Origin: Deltaproteobacteria bacterium
Lineage (GTDB): Bacteria; Desulfobacterota; Dissulfuribacteria; Dissulfuribacterales; QOAL01
Length of the DNA stretch: 63,435 nt
Reading direction: 5' to 3'
NCBI GenBank assembly: GCA_026992735.1
Contig: JALWYO010000055.1
Span: 1 to 63,435 of the forward strand
The translations under genes and the position numbers were made by a program. The notes beneath the pieces were generated by a model, which had not been told where the DNA came from, ran no database searches, and saw nothing but the letters and a program-made list of their open reading frames with translations. Below, piece after piece: positions 59,515 to 63,435 of this stretch. Every line of letters begins with the position of its first letter. The first letter of the stretch is position 1.

Positions 59515-59901
59515 TCAAGGTTGCAGATTTGCAATTGCAAGTTTATAGGTATTAACTATTTCCGGATGATTATTTCTTGTCACCGTAACGGTTATATTTT
59601 TTAGCTCCGTGCTGTTACTAGACTGAGTTATGGTATAGTTCACGGTAAATGTTCTGTATTGTTTAGAATGTGTTGTATTGGCAGAAAGTGCTGAATATCT
59701 TGACGCTAACAGAGATTCCATCTCATTAGATGCCCCCATTGTAGAAGCAGTAAGCTCAAAGGCGTTGTGATTACCAAGAGATGCGCTAAGATGCATCTTG
59801 GACATTGCAAGAATACCTATGGAAAAAACAACAATGGCAACCAGCGCCTCGATAAGAGTAAATCCGCTACTGTCTGATAGGGTTTTCCTAAAAAATTTCA
59901 T
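59515..59901 (-). CDS. pilV: PilV-like minor pilin
   Basis: Prepilin motif SGFTLIEALVAIVVFSIGILAMSKM. Start at ATG 59901. Confidence 0.75.
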   Translation of the reverse strand: MKFFRKTLSDSSGFTLIEALVAIVVFSIGILAMSKMHLSASLGNHNAFELTASTMGASNEMESLLASRYSALSANTTHSKQYRTFTVNYTITQSSNSTELKNITVTVTRNNHPEIVNTYKLAIANLQP

Positions 59902-59920
59902 GATATTATCCACCTTTATT

Positions 59921-60580
59921 CTAAACATTATTCCTGCATGCCACTCTTGCCCTTAGCATCCGTCTTCTGAAATGATCTCCAGGTGCGGTATAAATTGTCA
60001 TTCCCTGAAAATTCGTATAAGATGAACTATTGATATAATTAGAATCAGGTTTCTCTGCATGGGCAACTATGGCTATTTCCACAAAGGCAACTTTTCCCTG
60101 GGCAACCAGACCGAGCGGAGCGGCAAGTTGGTTACCATCCTTGTCAAAATACAAGACATTGAAGGCATCCACGTTGAGGATGACGGGCTGATTACCGGAA
60201 CCATTCCTGTTCCTGCCAAGATCAGTATCGCCGTCATGCCCGGCATCATATAGCCGATAAGCAATTGTAACAGGAGAACCGTTGCGGGGATCCTTGCTGA
60301 CAATAGTAAAACTATTAACATTGGCACTAGTAAAACCTTTGCAGGGCGGAGATGTACAACTAGGGTCATACCCGGCCATTCTCAAATCATGTTCGAGGAG
60401 TACCACGCCCCCCCTGAGGCTGGCCTGCAACTCTGCAATAGTATCTTCCACGGAAAGGCTCTGCTCCTGGTAAGCGCTTGTAAGATATATTGCGCCGATC
60501 ACTATGGCAGACACCACCATGGTGACAAGCAGCTCGACCAGACTAAAGCCCTCGCCATTTTTAACAATGTGGCATCCCAT
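59921..60580 (-). CDS. pilW: PilW-like minor pilin
   Basis: Prepilin motif GEGFSLVELLVTMVVSAIVIGAIY. 219 aa. Confidence 0.7.
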   Translation of the reverse strand: MGCHIVKNGEGFSLVELLVTMVVSAIVIGAIYLTSAYQEQSLSVEDTIAELQASLRGGVVLLEHDLRMAGYDPSCTSPPCKGFTSANVNSFTIVSKDPRNGSPVTIAYRLYDAGHDGDTDLGRNRNGSGNQPVILNVDAFNVLYFDKDGNQLAAPLGLVAQGKVAFVEIAIVAHAEKPDSNYINSSSYTNFQGMTIYTAPGDHFRRRMLRARVACRNNV

Positions 60581-60581
60581 A

Positions 60582-61118
60582 TCATCTCACCCTAATACTT
60601 CCGACTGAATTGACTATTATCCTGAGTCTATTTATTCTATTACTTCCTTTAGAAACAAGCACTACTCTTCCCGCGCCGAATCCACCGCCTGGAGAAGCAG
60701 TCCGGCAATCAGGCAGAAATCCTATGGCATTCCCAGTAAAGGTTGTCCTCTTATATTGTACTTTTTTGAAATTACTCCAGTTGACTGTCTTGATAACAAT
60801 ATCAGAACCATCCTGAGAAAAGTTGTTGTTGAGGTCAAGATAGACAGCATAACCATTATTGTCAAAAGTCACAGTACACTGGCTGCCCTCCTTTATAGCC
60901 GTAAGCTTTGCAAGCTGAAAATCACTATAAACAGTTCTTGCAGCTTCTCTTAGATGATATCTTGCAAGCGCACCAGATACATGTGGTATTACAATCATTG
61001 ACATTATGGTAATTATTGCAATAACAACCATGGCTTCTATCACAGTAAAGCCTTTGATCCAATAAGTGAGATAAGATTTGGAAAAAGATGTTTTTATATG
61101 TAATTTATGGATATTCAT
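60582..61118 (-). CDS. fimT: FimT/FimU (GspH-family) minor pilin
   Basis: KGFTVIEAMVVIAIITIMSMIVIP followed by the GspH-like pattern ARYHLREAARTVYSDFQLAKLTAI. Confidence 0.75.
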   Translation of the reverse strand: MNIHKLHIKTSFSKSYLTYWIKGFTVIEAMVVIAIITIMSMIVIPHVSGALARYHLREAARTVYSDFQLAKLTAIKEGSQCTVTFDNNGYAVYLDLNNNFSQDGSDIVIKTVNWSNFKKVQYKRTTFTGNAIGFLPDCRTASPGGGFGAGRVVLVSKGSNRINRLRIIVNSVGSIRVR

Positions 61119-61459
61119 ATTTAGCCAATCACCTTCTCAATTATGTCAATACCAGAAATCGTGTCTTAAATATCCCCCATGTAAACAACCAAACACTCAT
61201 GACATTTACATCTGTCACCCTCAGCCATGAAAATGTGCAATTTTTGCATATAGTTTCATGGCAGCCGCCATGCCTGTGCTGAGAAACAGGCACAACGAGC
61301 AATGAAAATGCTCGACATTTTCGGATAAAATAATAATAGACTATTTGTTACTATATCATAACAATCGGCCCAAAAACTTGAAACTTGTGTGAAAAAATCG
61401 TGAAAGAAAGAATGGAGGATGACAGGAGAATATCACAGGACAGGATAACCACCGACGTT

Positions 61460-62299
61460 TTACACAGGATCGGGGAACAGGACCAGTGCCCTGAAATTCT
61501 TCTTGGAGTTTCCAAGTTTAAAGGTACAGTTGTGCTTCCCGCAGATATGGGAGACGATTGTCAGACCTGTTCCCAAGCCTCCACTCCTATCCCTCGCAAT
61601 GTCATTTGAAACAAAAAAATAGGCTCTATCCCTGAAATGCCCCGCGCGTATTCTTACCTTTTTGCTGGAATACTTGAACGCGTTCTCAAGCAGAAGGCCG
61701 ATGATAAATGCATGTTCGGCCTTTTTCAGCTTGTATCCAGGTCCGCCAATGACCACCTCCTTGTCCTTATCCCGGACATTAAGCCCGCACTGATATTTTT
61801 GTCTTTCCCGTTCAATAAGTTCCGAAAGATCAATCTTAAGACCAAAGCGCAGGGTATTTTCCCGAATGGCTGACAGGGTTGACAGCAGGTCTGCCAGGTC
61901 CTGCTCCATCAGCAGTATGGACTTTTTCATCCTTGCCACGGTTTTCTGACTGCCTGGTGTATCTATTAATGCCATATTGACCTTCTGGCCCGCTATAAAA
62001 TTCCCAAGTTTATGCGAGATGATTTCAAGTAGCAGTTCAAAAAAATTCTGCGTGGCTGCCTTCTCGTCTGTATATTGTTTCAAGAGCTGTAAAAAGACCA
62101 GGGAGACGGAAAAGACAAAGACCAGCTCAAAAGACAGAAGAACTATCAAGAAATTTTTCAGGTATTCCTGGATGCCTGTAGGCGGCAGATATCTCACGAT
62201 TGTCAAGTAATAAAAGGAGGTAATGCCAACGGTGAGAAGAAAAATACCAATACTCAATGTAACAAAAAATTTCCAGAAAAGAGAGCCGGAATTTTTCAC
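61460..62299 (-). CDS. Sensor histidine kinase (two TM segments, no obvious sensor domain)
   Basis: H box EIISHKLGNF, N box LLENAFKYS and G box GGLGTGLTIV. Overlaps the response-regulator stop by 4 nt. Confidence 0.8.
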   Translation of the reverse strand: MKNSGSLFWKFFVTLSIGIFLLTVGITSFYYLTIVRYLPPTGIQEYLKNFLIVLLSFELVFVFSVSLVFLQLLKQYTDEKAATQNFFELLLEIISHKLGNFIAGQKVNMALIDTPGSQKTVARMKKSILLMEQDLADLLSTLSAIRENTLRFGLKIDLSELIERERQKYQCGLNVRDKDKEVVIGGPGYKLKKAEHAFIIGLLLENAFKYSSKKVRIRAGHFRDRAYFFVSNDIARDRSGGLGTGLTIVSHICGKHNCTFKLGNSKKNFRALVLFPDPV

Positions 62300-62958
62300 A
62301 TCAACCTGTATCCCCTGCCCTTGTATGTCCGGATAGCTCCTTGCGGCAATATCTTCCTGAGTTCTTTGATATAGGTCCTGATGCTGTCATCGCTGACATA
62401 GGTATCCTTCCAGACATTTTTCATGATCTCTGACTTTTTCACGATGGTGCCACGGTTTTTCAGGAAAAATTCAAGCAGGTCCCAGGACCTTTTGGAGAGG
62501 GGAATCTCGGAGCCGTCTTTCTCGATTATCTTGTGCTCAAGATCCGCTCTGATGTCTCCCAATGTAACAATTTTACCTGTCTTTCCGTTCCTGGCAAACC
62601 GCCTTAGAAGGGCCTTGATCCTCAGTTCCAGCTCTAAGAGATCAAAAGGTTTTGTAAGATAGTCATCCGCTCCCTTATTGAAACATTCCTCCTTGGATAT
62701 AAGGGAGTACTTAGCGGTGAGTACCAGAACGGGAAGATCGAGAAATTTTGTTTTGACCTGGTAAAGAATGTCCTCACCAGAGGTACCCGGCAAGATCAGA
62801 TCTAATATGAGGAGATCAAAAGAACGGAAATCTATTGTGTCAATATTGCTGCCATCCCTGAGAAGGGTGACATGGTAATCCCGCTTGTCCAGGTAGGCCT
62901 CAAGTGCAGGACCAAGTATTTCGTCATCTTCTATAATGAGGATATTATAGTCTTGCAT
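62296..62958 (-). CDS. OmpR/PhoB-family response regulator
   Basis: Receiver domain ILIIEDDE...DLLILDLILPG. Winged-helix C-terminus IRTYKGRGYRL. Confidence 0.9.
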   Translation of the reverse strand: MQDYNILIIEDDEILGPALEAYLDKRDYHVTLLRDGSNIDTIDFRSFDLLILDLILPGTSGEDILYQVKTKFLDLPVLVLTAKYSLISKEECFNKGADDYLTKPFDLLELELRIKALLRRFARNGKTGKIVTLGDIRADLEHKIIEKDGSEIPLSKRSWDLLEFFLKNRGTIVKKSEIMKNVWKDTYVSDDSIRTYIKELRKILPQGAIRTYKGRGYRLM

Positions 62959-63005
62959 GCATGATTTTACTTATCATAGAGTACTATAATTATCGAAATC
63001 TGGAT

Positions 63006-63309
63006 TCAAGTAATAAGTACACAGCGTAAAATTTCTCTAACATCTATGCCAGTTGTACTTTGAAATGCTTCATAAAGTGTTTTGAATTTGAGGCATTTTC
63101 TGGGGCGGTTGTTGAGAGCTGTCCACAGCAGAAAATACCTGCTCGGCTGAAATATTATTGAGTGTCATTTTCTTTGGAAAATATTGTCGTAGAAGGCCAT
63201 TTGCATTCTCATTCTGTCCCCTTTCCCATGAGTGATAGGGTTTAGCAAAGAAAGTATCGCAATTAATAGTTTTGGCAATATCCTCGTGCCGGGCAAACTC
63301 TTTACCATT
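63006..63309 (-). pseudogene. IS30-family transposase remnant (C-terminal third only, frameshifted)
   Basis: The minus strand translates to NGKEFARHEDIAK...FFAKPYHSWERGQNENANGLLRQYFPKK. LNNRPRKCLKFKTLYEAF appears only after a 1-nt frame change near 63117-63121. An in-frame stop sits immediately 5' of NGKEF. Confidence 0.8.
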
Positions 63310-63315
63310 TCCTTA

Positions 63316-63409
63316 TTCCGACCAATTCGGCCACCGATTCCGAAGTTATCCGGCCACCCATTATGCCGTAGGCGGCACTGGTGTTTTGATTTTTACTTAG
63401 TGGCCGGTT
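63316..63409. repeat. Tandem 22/23-bp repeats plus one inverted partial copy abutting the truncated IS30 remnant
   Basis: TTCCGACCAATTCGGCCACCGA (63316-63337) is followed directly by TTCCGAAGTTATCCGGCCACCCA (63338-63360). An inverted CCGGCCAC core lies at 63398-63409. Confidence 0.6.
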
Positions 63410-63435
63410 TGTGTCAAATATTTCTGTTTTTTTCT

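Noticed and set aside
61259-61273. Sigma54-like TGGCAG-N7-TGC spacing (pilin genes are often RpoN-dependent).
   Set aside because: It is on the plus strand pointing into the 3' end of the minus-strand kinase gene. It also forms part of a hairpin palindrome. No matching element was seen on the minus strand upstream of fimT or pilE.

Overview
The window looks like a mostly housekeeping chromosomal segment from a Desulfobacterota-like (deltaproteobacterial) genome. That taxon guess rests only on gene content such as NIL-ferredoxin, DUF3786-like and DUF3373-like proteins and is low confidence. From 0 to 53 kb I call tal, cbpA-type dnaJ, mnmA, mtaB, smpB, lpxC, era, rnc, panB, moeA, hemB, guaA, dnaE, polA, purA and rtcB. 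The window also holds two tRNAs (Arg-CCT, Met/Ile2-CAT) and a type-A RNase P RNA. From about 53.7 kb to the window end the sequence becomes visibly AT-rich. This stretch carries a type IV pilus minor-pilin/PilY1 tip-complex operon (fimT-pilW-pilV-pilX-pilY1-small ORF-pilE) with an OmpR-type two-component system. It is bracketed by decayed IS3 and IS30 transposase remnants, a perfect 26-bp palindrome and tandem 22-bp end-like repeats, so it is probably an acquired island. I did not find a complete, clearly novel multi-gene system. The observations most worth follow-up are these. (1) A two-copy hairpin family has a conserved ~70-nt core held inside long stems of unrelated sequence, with G:U wobbles, a conserved tandem G.A and compensatory changes, which suggests a structured RNA. 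(2) A NIL-ferredoxin gene overlaps a CxxC-type (Fe-S type) mnmA. (3) A Zn-ribbon protein and a RimK-like ATP-grasp ligase are translationally coupled to rnc-era. (4) An 84-aa half-size PnuC-like membrane protein is coupled to an isochorismatase-family hydrolase. (5) A ClpX paralog has replaced termini and sits next to a pseudo-receiver. (6) Several intergenic repeat families are present. All family assignments come from motif recognition by eye and no database search was run.
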